Source: Planctomycetota bacterium (GTDB lineage Bacteria > Planctomycetota > UBA1135 > UBA2386). Taken from it: a stretch of 46,699 nt of DNA. The notes beneath the pieces were generated by a model, which was not told the origin of the DNA, did no database searches, and saw only the letters and a list, made by a program, of their open reading frames with translations. A program made the translations under genes and the position numbers. The first letter of the stretch is position 1. Each line of letters opens with the position of its first letter. The DNA is taken from assembly GCA_041164325.1 (NCBI GenBank), contig JBEAPQ010000009.1, positions 1 to 46,699 of the forward strand, written 5' to 3'. This document shows, piece by piece, positions 1-9,193 of this stretch.

Positions 1-1301
1 GACTCCAACCGCCGTACGTGGAGCTGCCGTCCGCGGACCAAGCGGCCGCGCTGGAGAAGGCCGAAGCCGCGTGGGCCGTGGTCGATGCCGAGGTCCGTGC
101 GCTGGAGGCGATGCCCGAAGCCGATCGCGCGGTGGACCACGCGCAGCGGCTCGACACGAAGCGGAAGGACAGGCTGCGGCTCGCGGGAGAACGCGATGCG
201 ATCCGCATGGCCATCCCTGCCGCACTCGTCATGCGAGAGCGTGCGGAGCCGCGGCCGGCCTTCCTGCTGCGCCGCGGCGACTACCAGCTTCCGGGGGATC
301 AGGTTCCGCGCGGCACGCCGGCCTTCCTGCCGCCGCTGAACGCCAGCGGCGACTCGATCCCGAGCCGCATGGACCTCGCGCGTTGGACCGTGCGCCCGGA
401 GCATCCGCTGACGGCCCGGGTGGCGGTGAACCGCGTCTGGCAGACGCTGTTCGGCACGGGACTCGTCAAGACACAGGAGGACTTCGGCGTCGCGGGTGAA
501 GCGCCGAGCCACCCAGCCCTCCTGGATCACCTGGCCGTGCGCTTCGTCCAGAGTGGCTGGGACACCAAGCAGCTGATCCGCAGCATCGTTCTGTCGAGCA
601 CCTACCGGCAGTCCTCGGACGCCACGACCGAGCGATTCCGCGCGGACCCCGAGAACCGCTTGCTCGCACGCGGTTCCCGCTTCCGGCTCGATGCCGAGGT
701 GATCCGCGACCAGATCCTGGCGGTGACGGGCCTGCTCGACCGGACGATGTTCGGTCCGAGCATCAAGGTCCCGCAGCCGCCCAGGCTCTGGGAGGCGGTC
801 GCCCTCCCGGACTCCTATCCACGCGTCCATGTGGCGGACCCCGGAGCGGCGCGGTACCGGCGCAGCGTCTACACGTTCTGGAAGCGGGGGCTGCCGCCGC
901 CGCAGATGACGATCCTCGATGCTCCGAGCCGCGAGGCCTGCGTGGCACGACGCGAGCGCACCAACACGCCGCTGCAGGCCCTGCTGCTGCTGAACGAACC
1001 CGAGTACCTGGCCGCCGCACGACATCTCGCCGAGCGCAGCCTGGCCACGCCACTCGACGAGGGCGCGCGCATCGACCTGCTCTACGAGACCGTCACGGCC
1101 CACCTGCCGACCCCGGCTGCCCGCGCGGCGCTGCTCGCCGCGCTCGGCGACCTCCGCACCCACTACGCCGCACGCACCGACGCAGCGCGCGCCGTCTGCG
1201 ACGATGCCGGACTCGACGCGGACACCGCGGCTTTGCGCGCCGCCTGGACGCTGACCGTCAGCACGCTTCTCAACCTCGACGCAACCCGCAGCCGGAGCTG
1301 A
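1..1301 (+). CDS. DUF1553 (PSD1-type) domain protein, C-terminal part; the 5' end lies outside the window
   Basis: The frame is open to the window edge (ORF track 18..1301). The translation carries RVAVNRVWQTLFGTGLVKTQEDFG...PSHPALLDHLA...STYRQSS, which is typical of DUF1553 proteins. A DUF1501 gene, the usual partner, follows 4 nt later. Confidence 0.8.
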   Translation, partial: LQPPYVELPSADQAAALEKAEAAWAVVDAEVRALEAMPEADRAVDHAQRLDTKRKDRLRLAGERDAIRMAIPAALVMRERAEPRPAFLLRRGDYQLPGDQVPRGTPAFLPPLNASGDSIPSRMDLARWTVRPEHPLTARVAVNRVWQTLFGTGLVKTQEDFGVAGEAPSHPALLDHLAVRFVQSGWDTKQLIRSIVLSSTYRQSSDATTERFRADPENRLLARGSRFRLDAEVIRDQILAVTGLLDRTMFGPSIKVPQPPRLWEAVALPDSYPRVHVADPGAARYRRSVYTFWKRGLPPPQMTILDAPSREACVARRERTNTPLQALLLLNEPEYLAAARHLAERSLATPLDEGARIDLLYETVTAHLPTPAARAALLAALGDLRTHYAARTDAARAVCDDAGLDADTAALRAAWTLTVSTLLNLDATRSRS

Positions 1302-1305
1302 TCCC

Positions 1306-2799
1306 GTGGCCCAGACGCAAGACCACAAGATGCTGTCCCACGACGCGATCCGCCGTGCGAACGCCGCCGTCGAGGACCGGCGCCGCTTCCTGTCGCAGAG
1401 CACGATGGGGCTCGGTGCGACGGCACTCGCCGCACTCGGCCAGCCCCTCCGCGCCGCCGGCATGGCTGACCCACGCGCGCCGCAGGGCCCGCATCACGCG
1501 CCCCGCGCGCGCCGCGTGATCTTCCTGTTCATGGCCGGCGCACCGAGTCAGGTCGACCTGTTCGACCACAAGCCCGGCATCTACGACCGCCTCGGTGAGC
1601 CGCTGCCTCCTTCGGTCAGCAAGGGACAGCGCGTCACCGCGATGACGCGCGGCCGCGAGCAGAAGGTGATGCCGTCGAAGTACCGCTTCACCCCGCACCC
1701 GAAGACCGGCGTCGACTGGTGCGAGCTGCTGCCGTTCCTGTCGAAGTGGGCCGGCGAGCACACCGCGGTCGTCAAGTCACTCAACACGCACGCGATCAAC
1801 CACGACCCGGGCAAGACGTTCTTCTGCACAGGCTCGGAGATCCCGGGCAAGGCAAGCATGGGGTCGTGGCTCAGCTACGGCCTCGGGTCGATGAACCGCG
1901 ACCTGCCGGACTTCATGGTGCTGACGAGCGCGTTCTGGACCGGCGGCACGCGCAACGTGCAGGGGCTCTACAGCCGCATGTGGGGCAGCGGCTACTTGCC
2001 GTCGAAGTTCCAGGGCACGGCCCTGCAGACCCACGGCGACCCGGTGCTGTTCCTGTCCAATCCGAGCGGCATCGATCCGACGGCCCGTCGCCGGATGCTG
2101 GACACGCTGCGCACGATCCACGCCGAGCAGCGCGGGATCGTCGGTGACCCGGAGATCGACACGACGCTCGCCCAGCAGGAGATGGCGTTCCGACTGCAGA
2201 CCTCGGTGCCCGAGCTCGTCGACATCCAGGACGAGCCCAAGAGCGTCCTCGACCTCTACGGACCCGAGGTCCACAAGCCCGGCTCGTTCGCGCGGAACTG
2301 CCTGCTCGCGCGCCGGATGATCGAACGTGACGTCCGCTTCGTGCAGCTGTTCCACCGCGGCTGGGACCACCACTCGATCCTTCCCAAGCAGCTTCCCGGA
2401 CAGTGCTACGACGTCGACCAGCCGTCCGCCGCACTGATCGTCGACCTCGCGCAGCGCGGCCTGCTCGACGACACGCTGATCGTCTTCGCCGGCGAGTTCG
2501 GCCGCACGATCTACGGACAGGGCAAGCTCGACCGCGAGGACTACGGCCGTGACCACCACCCGCGCTGCTTCTCCGGCTGGCTCGCCGGCGGCGGCATCCG
2601 CGGCGGCATCGAGTACGGGCGCACCGACGACTTCAGCTACAACGTCGTCGAGAACCCGGTCCACGTCCGCGACCTGCACGCGACGATGCTGCACCTGCTC
2701 GGCATCGACCACGAGCGGCTGACGTTCCCGTTCCAGGGACTCGAGCAGCGACTGACCGGCGTCGAGCCAGCGCGCGTCGTGGACGGCCTGATCGCCTGA
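1306..2799 (+). CDS. DUF1501 domain protein (sulfatase-fold) with a Tat-type signal
   Basis: There is a twin-arginine motif, DRRRFLSQSTMGLGATALA. The blocks FLFMAGAPSQVDLFDHKP, FAGEFGRT and GRDHHP are characteristic of DUF1501. An alternative ATG start lies at 1330. Confidence 0.85.
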   Translation: MAQTQDHKMLSHDAIRRANAAVEDRRRFLSQSTMGLGATALAALGQPLRAAGMADPRAPQGPHHAPRARRVIFLFMAGAPSQVDLFDHKPGIYDRLGEPLPPSVSKGQRVTAMTRGREQKVMPSKYRFTPHPKTGVDWCELLPFLSKWAGEHTAVVKSLNTHAINHDPGKTFFCTGSEIPGKASMGSWLSYGLGSMNRDLPDFMVLTSAFWTGGTRNVQGLYSRMWGSGYLPSKFQGTALQTHGDPVLFLSNPSGIDPTARRRMLDTLRTIHAEQRGIVGDPEIDTTLAQQEMAFRLQTSVPELVDIQDEPKSVLDLYGPEVHKPGSFARNCLLARRMIERDVRFVQLFHRGWDHHSILPKQLPGQCYDVDQPSAALIVDLAQRGLLDDTLIVFAGEFGRTIYGQGKLDREDYGRDHHPRCFSGWLAGGGIRGGIEYGRTDDFSYNVVENPVHVRDLHATMLHLLGIDHERLTFPFQGLEQRLTGVEPARVVDGLIA

Positions 2800-2815
2800 C
2801 GGGGTCGATCGCCGT

Positions 2816-3313
2816 TCACATCCCCCAACGCTTCCGCAGCTCGTCGTAGGTCGTCTCGGGAACGCCCGCATCACGCCTCCGCCGCACGTGACCCAAGGCG
2901 CGGAGGACATCCCGACGCGCGACGATGCCGACCAGGTGGGCGGACTCGTCGACGACGAGGAGACGGCGGTGGACGTTCTCCCGGAAGCGCTGGACGACGG
3001 CGAACAGGTCGGTGTCCGGCGCGATGGTGTCGAGCGTCCGGTGCATGCGGTCCGCGACGAGGCCGGCCGGTGCCTGGTCGAACGCCGAGGCCGCGAGGGC
3101 CTCGAGACAGTCGAGTTCGGAGACCACTCCGAGCACGCGCCCCGAGGCGTCGACGACCGGGGCACCCGAGAACCCGTGACGCAGGAGGTCGTGCGCGGCC
3201 TGGTCGAGCGTCATCTCCGGTCGAAGCACGAAGACCTTGCGCTGCATGAAGGACGCGGCGCGGTCGGGAGCGGGACGGTCACTCGGCATGGTGGTTCTCC
3301 TCGGATGGGCCAC
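2816..3313 (-). CDS. CBS-domain pair protein
   Basis: Two CBS-like repeats are present: VFVLRPEMTLDQAAHDLLRHGFSGAPVVDASGRVLGVVSELD and LLVVDESAHLVGIVARRDVLRAL. The start is uncertain; internal Met codons lie at 3289 and 3247. Confidence 0.8.
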   Translation of the reverse strand: MAHPRRTTMPSDRPAPDRAASFMQRKVFVLRPEMTLDQAAHDLLRHGFSGAPVVDASGRVLGVVSELDCLEALAASAFDQAPAGLVADRMHRTLDTIAPDTDLFAVVQRFRENVHRRLLVVDESAHLVGIVARRDVLRALGHVRRRRDAGVPETTYDELRKRWGM

Positions 3314-3397
3314 GGGAGGAAACGGGTGAGCCGCTCGCGCGTTTCGATCCGTGAAAGGAGCCCGAGCAGTTCTTCGTTGGACGCCCGGAGGTGCGAC

Positions 3398-4051
3398 ATG
3401 AAGACCGGAACCCCATCGGAACTATCGCTGCGCGCGCGGATCGCCCGGGCCGTCGAGGTCGGGCAGAACGTCCGTGGAGAAGTCTCGCGGAGCATCGTGG
3501 AAGCCGCCCACGCCGGACTCGAGGGCGCGCGAGGACTCGAAGGGTCCGTGTCGGCCATCGCGCGGGGCGCGATCGAAGGCGCGCGCGCGGCCGTGCGAGG
3601 TGGCCGCCAGCCCGATCTCGCGGCCGTCGTCGACGGAGTCGGAGACGGACTGGAGAAGGCCGCGCTGGCCGTCCGACTCACAGCCGAGGAGGCCACCCAC
3701 GCTGGACTGCGGCAGGCGCACGACGATGCCGCACGGATGGCGCAGGCGTTCGAACACGCGGGGAGACGCTTCGTCATCGCGCTCGGGCGTGGCCTGGCGC
3801 AGGCTGGCGACGACGTCGCCACGCGCGCGACGGACGCGCGTGCCCACCTGATCCTGCTCCGGGAACGGCTCGCACCGGTCTTCGCGGACGTCGTCGGTGC
3901 ACTGGCCCAACGCCCTGCGGCCGTCGCCGGGGCGGCCGTCGAGGCGGTGGAAGGCGCCCTGCGCGGCGCCGGACGCGAGGCCCGGTCTGCCGTCGGCTCT
4001 GCGTTCGTCGGATTGGGGAAGAAGATCTCGGGCCCGCACGGCGACGACTGA
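3398..4051 (+). CDS. Hypothetical Ala/Gly/Arg-rich protein, predicted helical, with a recurring EGA(R/L)..RG motif
   Basis: ATG at 3398 lies in frame within ORF 2888..4051. The upstream part of that ORF is antisense to the CBS gene and is not counted. Third-codon GC is high, and I recognise no family. Confidence 0.45.
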   Translation: MKTGTPSELSLRARIARAVEVGQNVRGEVSRSIVEAAHAGLEGARGLEGSVSAIARGAIEGARAAVRGGRQPDLAAVVDGVGDGLEKAALAVRLTAEEATHAGLRQAHDDAARMAQAFEHAGRRFVIALGRGLAQAGDDVATRATDARAHLILLRERLAPVFADVVGALAQRPAAVAGAAVEAVEGALRGAGREARSAVGSAFVGLGKKISGPHGDD

Positions 4052-4219
4052 TTGCGGAGCGTCGCAAATCGAGAGCCGGCCGGGGCCCCGTGGCGATGTA
4101 CCCGGGGTGGATGGCTGGACCGAACCGCGCCCGGCATCGAAGAGACGGACAACTCTGACCCGCCCGGGAAGATCCGGCGACCTCGTTGCGTCCGACGTGG
4201 TCCGCTTGGAGACGCCCAC

Positions 4220-4388
4220 GATGATCCCGAAGAGAACCGAGAAACTCCCCCTGACGCCGCCGGTCCTGACGCCGGTCTTCCGCTACGACGCGGGAGGCCG
4301 GGCCGCGCCATCCCGGGTCCAGCTGATCGGCATCGCCACGGCGGTTGTCGCGATCGCCGCGGTCTTCGTGCCGCGCCTCGTCGGCTGA
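4220..4388 (+). CDS. Possible small single-pass membrane protein (56 aa)
   Basis: An ATG is preceded by GGAG. The translation is MIPKRTEKLPLTPPVLTPVFRYDAGGRAAPSRVQLIGIATAVVAIAAVFVPRLVG, with a C-terminal hydrophobic helix. GC3 is strong, but there is no homology evidence. Confidence 0.3.
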
Positions 4389-4474
4389 CCGCGACCCGAC
4401 CCGTGGGAAAGACACCGCCGGCCTGCGGCGCGTGACCCTCGCGCCGCCCCAGGCGCCGCGCGACGATCCGCACC

Positions 4475-6715
4475 ATGCGGATCCTCCCGTTCGCCCTCGG
4501 GCTCCTCGGTCTGTCCTGCGCTTCGCGCGCCCAGGGCACAGCCGCCGATTACGAGCGCGCCGACCAGCTCGCGACGAGGTTCCGGAACCTCGTGGTCGGG
4601 AACATGTCGTCACCCCACTGGCTCGGCCAGGGGGAGCGGTTCTGGTTCACGGTCGACCGCGGTTCGGAAGGCACCGACCACGTGCTGGTCGACACGGCGA
4701 CCGGTGCGCGCCGTCCCCTGTTCGACGCCGAGGCCCTCGCCCGCGCGCTCGGCACAGCCACCGGCCGCGCGCTCGACGCGGGCCGGCTCCGTCTCGAACG
4801 CCTCGAGGTCGACGGGGAACTCGGGCTGCACTTCGCGCTCGGCGACCGGGGTTTCCGCTGGTCCGCCGACGGCAGCCTGACCCCGTCCGACCCACCCGCC
4901 GCGCCGGAGAGCGGCCGCGGTCGTCGCGGCTGGCGGCAGGACCGCGGTCTCCGCGACAACGTGCGCGAACGCCGCAACGCCCGATCACCGGACGGCAAGC
5001 TCGAGGCCTTCGTCCGCGACCACGACGTCTGGGTCCGTGACCCGGCGGGCGGAGAGCAGCGTCTCAGCACCGACGGGACCGCCGACGACGCCTACGACGA
5101 CGACTTCCACTGGTCGCCCCTTTCGAACCGACTCGTCGTCTTCCGCACCCGCAAGGGAGAGACCCGGACGATCCACATGGTGGAATCGACCCCACGGGAC
5201 CAGCTGCAGCCCAAGCTGCAGGACCTCGTCTATGCGAAGCCCGGCGACGTGCTGCCCGAGCGGCGCCCGCGCCTCTTCGATCCGGTCGGCGGGAGGGAGA
5301 TCCCGGTCGAGGAGACCCTCTTCTCCAATCCGTGGAGCACGTCCGACCTTCGCTGGGACGAAGACGGCAGCCGGTTCACGTTCGTCTACAACCAGCGCGG
5401 TCATGAGGTGTTCCGGATCGTCGCGGTCGACGCCGAGACCGGCGCGGCGCGCGCGCTGATCGACGAGCAGCCGCAGACCTTCTTCGACTACAACCACAAG
5501 GCGTTCTTCTGGTGGCTCGACGAGGCGCCACAGCTGCTGTGGATGTCGGAGCGGAGTGGCTTCAACCACATCCATCTCCACGACGCCGCAACCGGCGCCG
5601 AGATCCGTGACCTGACGCCCGGGGAAGTCGTGGTCCGCGCGGTCGAGCACATCGACGAAGAGGGGGGCTTCCTGATCGCCCGGGTCATGGGTCACGACCC
5701 GGACCAGGACCCCTACCACCAGCACTTCGCACGCGTGCCGTTCGATGGTTCGGGCATCCAGCTGCTGACGGATGGAGACGGAACGCACACGGTCGCCTGG
5801 TCGCCCGACCGCACGCACTTCGTGGACACGTGGTCGCGCGTGGACCACCCGCCGGTGGTCGAACTGCGGCGGACCGCGGACGGGGCGCGCATCGACATCC
5901 TGGAGCGCGCCGACGCCACCGCGCTCGAGGCGGCGGGATGGCAGCGTCCCGAGCGCTTCGTCGCCAAGGGCCGCGACGGCGTGACCGACATCTGGGGCGT
6001 GATCTGGAAGCCGACCGACTTCGATGCCACCCGCCGCTATCCGGTGATCGAGAGCATCTACGCCGGCCCCCACGACCATCACGTTCCCAAGTCGTTCCAG
6101 ACGTTCCGCGGCGAGATGGCGATGGCAGAGCTCGGTTTCGTCCTCGTCAAGATCGACGGCATGGGCACGAACTGGCGCTCGAAGGCGTTCCACGACGTGG
6201 CCTGGAAGAACCTCGGCGACGCCGGCTTCCCGGATCGGATCGCGTGGATGCGCGCGGCGGCCTTGGAACGACCGTGGATGGACCTGGATCGGGTCGGCAT
6301 CTACGGGGGTTCGGCCGGCGGGCAGAACGCGCTGCGTGCGGTCCTCGCACACGGCGACTTCTACGACGCGGCCGCGGCCGACTGCGGCTGCCACGACAAC
6401 CGCATGGACAAGGTCTGGTGGAACGAGCTGTGGATGGGATGGCCGATCGGCCCCCACTACGAAGAGCAGTCGAACGTCACCCAGGCCCACCGACTGACCG
6501 GTGACCTCCTGCTGACGGTCGGTGAGCTGGACCAGAACGTCGATCCAGCCTCGACGATGCAGGTCGTGGACGCGCTGATCCGCGCCGACAAGGACTTCGA
6601 GCTCATCGTCTTCCCCGGAGGCGGACACGGCGCAGGCGGGAGCGCCTACGGGCAGAGACGCAGGCGCGACTTCTTCGTGCGCAGCCTGCTCGGCGTCGAG
6701 CCCCGGGTGCGCTGA
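4475..6715 (+). CDS. S9 family serine peptidase, dipeptidyl-peptidase IV-like (beta-propeller plus alpha/beta hydrolase)
   Basis: The signal peptide is MRILPFALGLLGLSCASRAQG. The nucleophile motif is IYGGSAGGQNA, followed by GELDQNVD and FPGGGHG (Ser/Asp/His). The N-terminal half carries WSPD-type propeller repeats. Confidence 0.85.
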   Translation: MRILPFALGLLGLSCASRAQGTAADYERADQLATRFRNLVVGNMSSPHWLGQGERFWFTVDRGSEGTDHVLVDTATGARRPLFDAEALARALGTATGRALDAGRLRLERLEVDGELGLHFALGDRGFRWSADGSLTPSDPPAAPESGRGRRGWRQDRGLRDNVRERRNARSPDGKLEAFVRDHDVWVRDPAGGEQRLSTDGTADDAYDDDFHWSPLSNRLVVFRTRKGETRTIHMVESTPRDQLQPKLQDLVYAKPGDVLPERRPRLFDPVGGREIPVEETLFSNPWSTSDLRWDEDGSRFTFVYNQRGHEVFRIVAVDAETGAARALIDEQPQTFFDYNHKAFFWWLDEAPQLLWMSERSGFNHIHLHDAATGAEIRDLTPGEVVVRAVEHIDEEGGFLIARVMGHDPDQDPYHQHFARVPFDGSGIQLLTDGDGTHTVAWSPDRTHFVDTWSRVDHPPVVELRRTADGARIDILERADATALEAAGWQRPERFVAKGRDGVTDIWGVIWKPTDFDATRRYPVIESIYAGPHDHHVPKSFQTFRGEMAMAELGFVLVKIDGMGTNWRSKAFHDVAWKNLGDAGFPDRIAWMRAAALERPWMDLDRVGIYGGSAGGQNALRAVLAHGDFYDAAAADCGCHDNRMDKVWWNELWMGWPIGPHYEEQSNVTQAHRLTGDLLLTVGELDQNVDPASTMQVVDALIRADKDFELIVFPGGGHGAGGSAYGQRRRRDFFVRSLLGVEPRVR

Positions 6716-6764
6716 TCCGTCCGCGCATCGCCTCGCAGAACCTCGTCCCAGGAGCCCTCACGAC

Positions 6765-8354
6765 ATGCCCCGCTCTGTGCACAACGCGCTCCAGGCAGCG
6801 TTCGCCCTCACGGTCCTCGCAGCCCATCCCGCAGCCCAGGAGCGGATCGATCCCGACGGCATCGCGGGCGGACTCGTCCTCGTCGGCGGCGGCGGCACGC
6901 CCGAGGCGGCACGCGCACGATTCGTGGCGTGGGCAGGTGGGGATGGGGCGCGGATCGTCGTCGTGCCGAGCGCGTCATCCCGTGCCGACGGCGACAGCAG
7001 CGGCTTCGGCGACTGGCTCGAGCCATGGCAGGCCTTCGGCGTCGAGGAACTCACGGCCGTGCATCCGAGTCCGGATGCCGTCCGCGAGGCGGATCGCGAC
7101 GCGCTGCGGAAGGCCACGGGCGTGTGGTTCAGCGGCGGGAGCCAGAGCCGCATTGCAGAGCGGTTCGTGGGCACGGTGCTCGAAGACCTCGTGCTCGACG
7201 TCGTCCGCCGGGGCGGGGTGGTCGGGGGCACCAGCGCAGGAGCCGCGATCCAGTCACGCGTGATGATCGCCCAGGGACGGGAGGAGCCCGCGATCGCGCG
7301 GGGGCTCGACCTCCTCCCGGGTGCGATCGTCGACCAGCACTTCGTGGCCCGGAATCGCATCGGACGGCTCCAGAAGGCCGTGGCGCGCCACCCGGACCGC
7401 TTCGGTGTCGGGATCGACGAGGGCACGGCGATCCTGGTCCGCGGCCGGAGGATCGAGGTGGTCGGCGCATCGACCGCCACGCTCGTGCTCGCGGGCACGG
7501 AGCGACGCGAAGCGCGCGTCCAGGTCCTGCACGCGGGAGACATCGCCGACCTGACCGCGCTGCGCCGCGCCGCGCAGAACCGGGCGGGTGAAGACTTCCC
7601 GGGTCCCGTCGCAACCAAACCAGCCGTGGAGGCGGGCGCACTGATCCTCGTGGGCGGCGGCAGTCTGCCCCGCCCTGCGCTCGAGCAGTTCGTGGCGCTG
7701 GCCGGGGGCCCGCAGGCAAGGATCGTGCTGCTCCCGATCGCCGCGCCCGGTTCCGAGGCGTCGCTCGAAAGCCTCGCGGCGAGGTGCCGCGCCCTCGGCG
7801 CCGCGGAAGCGATCGTGCTCCCCGAGAGCCATCCGACCGACGTCGACCGCGACAGCTACCTCGACAAGATCGCGGGGGCGACCGGGGTCTGGTTCGGCGG
7901 TGGGCGCCAGTGGCGCTTCGTCGACGCGTTCGACGGCACGCGGGCCCTGCCCGCTCTCCGAGCCGTGCTGGCGCGCGGCGGGGTCATCGCCGGCTCGTCG
8001 GCCGGTGCGTCGATCCAGGGCGAGTACATGCCGCGCGGCGATCCGCTCGGCAACCAGACGGTGTCGGCCGAAGGCTATGAGCGGGGCCTCGGGTTCCTTC
8101 CCGGCGTGGCCGTCGACCAGCACCTCACGGAACGCAACCGGCTGCCCGACCTCGTCGCCCTGGTCCGCCGGGTCCCGGCCTTCGTCGGGCTCGGACTCGA
8201 CGAGGGCACGGCACTGATCGTGCGCGGCCGCACGGGAACGGTGGTCGGCCGCGGCCGCGTCCATGTGGTGCGCGCGGCGGCATCACCCGAGCCGGAAGTG
8301 CGTGCCTACGAAGCCGGCACCTCGGTCGAGCTGTCCCCGACCGGCGGAGAATGA
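6765..8354 (+). CDS. Secreted tandem peptidase S51 (cyanophycinase-like) protein with two complete domains
   Basis: There is a signal peptide. Domain 1 has GGTSAGAAI, VDQHF and GIDEGTA. Domain 2 has AGSSAGASI, VDQHL and GLDEGTA. GGAG lies 10 nt upstream of the ATG. Confidence 0.8.
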   Translation: MPRSVHNALQAAFALTVLAAHPAAQERIDPDGIAGGLVLVGGGGTPEAARARFVAWAGGDGARIVVVPSASSRADGDSSGFGDWLEPWQAFGVEELTAVHPSPDAVREADRDALRKATGVWFSGGSQSRIAERFVGTVLEDLVLDVVRRGGVVGGTSAGAAIQSRVMIAQGREEPAIARGLDLLPGAIVDQHFVARNRIGRLQKAVARHPDRFGVGIDEGTAILVRGRRIEVVGASTATLVLAGTERREARVQVLHAGDIADLTALRRAAQNRAGEDFPGPVATKPAVEAGALILVGGGSLPRPALEQFVALAGGPQARIVLLPIAAPGSEASLESLAARCRALGAAEAIVLPESHPTDVDRDSYLDKIAGATGVWFGGGRQWRFVDAFDGTRALPALRAVLARGGVIAGSSAGASIQGEYMPRGDPLGNQTVSAEGYERGLGFLPGVAVDQHLTERNRLPDLVALVRRVPAFVGLGLDEGTALIVRGRTGTVVGRGRVHVVRAAASPEPEVRAYEAGTSVELSPTGGE

Positions 8355-8584
8355 GGGCTGTGGCAGAAGAGGAGCCGGCACGGCATCCGCAGCTGACGGC
8401 ACGCAGGGCCCAGGCGTGACCCTGCCGTCCGCCGGACGTCTCGGGTAGAATTCCCCGCTCCGGCGGAGGGGGCGGACGATCGATTCCAGATCCGTATCTT
8501 TCGCCCGCCGACGTCGCCAGCTCTCCGAAAGCGATCCCCCGTCTCGGAGTTGCTGGCCGGTAGGAATGCCCTACGAGCCCCAGC

Positions 8585-9193
8585 ATGCAAGCCGCCGAGA
8601 CCGCCCTGATCCTGATCGGGTTCCAGAACGACTACTTCCGGAACGACGGCGTCCTCCGCTCGGCGATCGAGGACGGGCGGAGCGTGGATGAGGTCCTGGA
8701 GAGGACCACGGCTCTGATGACCCGGCTGGGAGACAGCCCGGTCACGATGATCGCGACCCCGATCCTCTTCACGCCGACCTACGAGGAGCTGGTCGAGCCG
8801 ACCGGCATCCTGAAGGTCGTCCGCGACAGCGGCGCGTTCCGCGAGGGCACGACGGGCGGACAGGCCGTCCACGAGTTCGCATCGTTCGGCGAGAGGCTCC
8901 TCGAAGTTCCCGGCAAACGGGGGCTCAACGCTTTCTCGAACACAGACCTCGACGAGGTCTTGAAGGAACGCGGCATCCGGAACGTCGCGATCGCCGGGGC
9001 CATCACGTCGATCTGCATCGACAGCACCGGGCGCGCCGCCATGGACCGCGGCTACCGCGTGACCATCCTGTCGGACTGCACCGTCGGCCGCACTGCGTTC
9101 GAGCAGGACTTCTACTGCCGCGAGATCCTGCCGCTCTACGCGGACGTGTGCGCGGCAGACGAGTGGGCGAGGCAACTGGAGCAGACGGCGTGA
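8585..9193 (+). CDS. Isochorismatase-family cysteine hydrolase
   Basis: ALILIGFQNDYF is present, and the catalytic Cys lies in the context NVAIAGAITSICIDSTGRAAMDRGY. Confidence 0.85.
   Translation: MQAAETALILIGFQNDYFRNDGVLRSAIEDGRSVDEVLERTTALMTRLGDSPVTMIATPILFTPTYEELVEPTGILKVVRDSGAFREGTTGGQAVHEFASFGERLLEVPGKRGLNAFSNTDLDEVLKERGIRNVAIAGAITSICIDSTGRAAMDRGYRVTILSDCTVGRTAFEQDFYCREILPLYADVCAADEWARQLEQTA

Noticed and set aside
2888-3397. N-terminal 170 codons of ORF 2888..4051
   Set aside because: This part is antisense to the well-supported CBS-domain gene. An internal ATG at 3398 lies just past the divergent intergenic region and gives a sensible independent gene.
8355-8584. 230-nt intergenic region upstream of the isochorismatase gene, examined for a riboswitch, tRNA or small ORF
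   Set aside because: I saw only short imperfect hairpins, for example GACGG..CAGGG-loop-CCCTG-CCGTC around 8393..8427. There is no T-loop or anticodon architecture and no riboswitch core sequence I can recognise. The overlapping track ORFs are Arg/Pro-rich junk. A covariance-model scan would be needed to say more.
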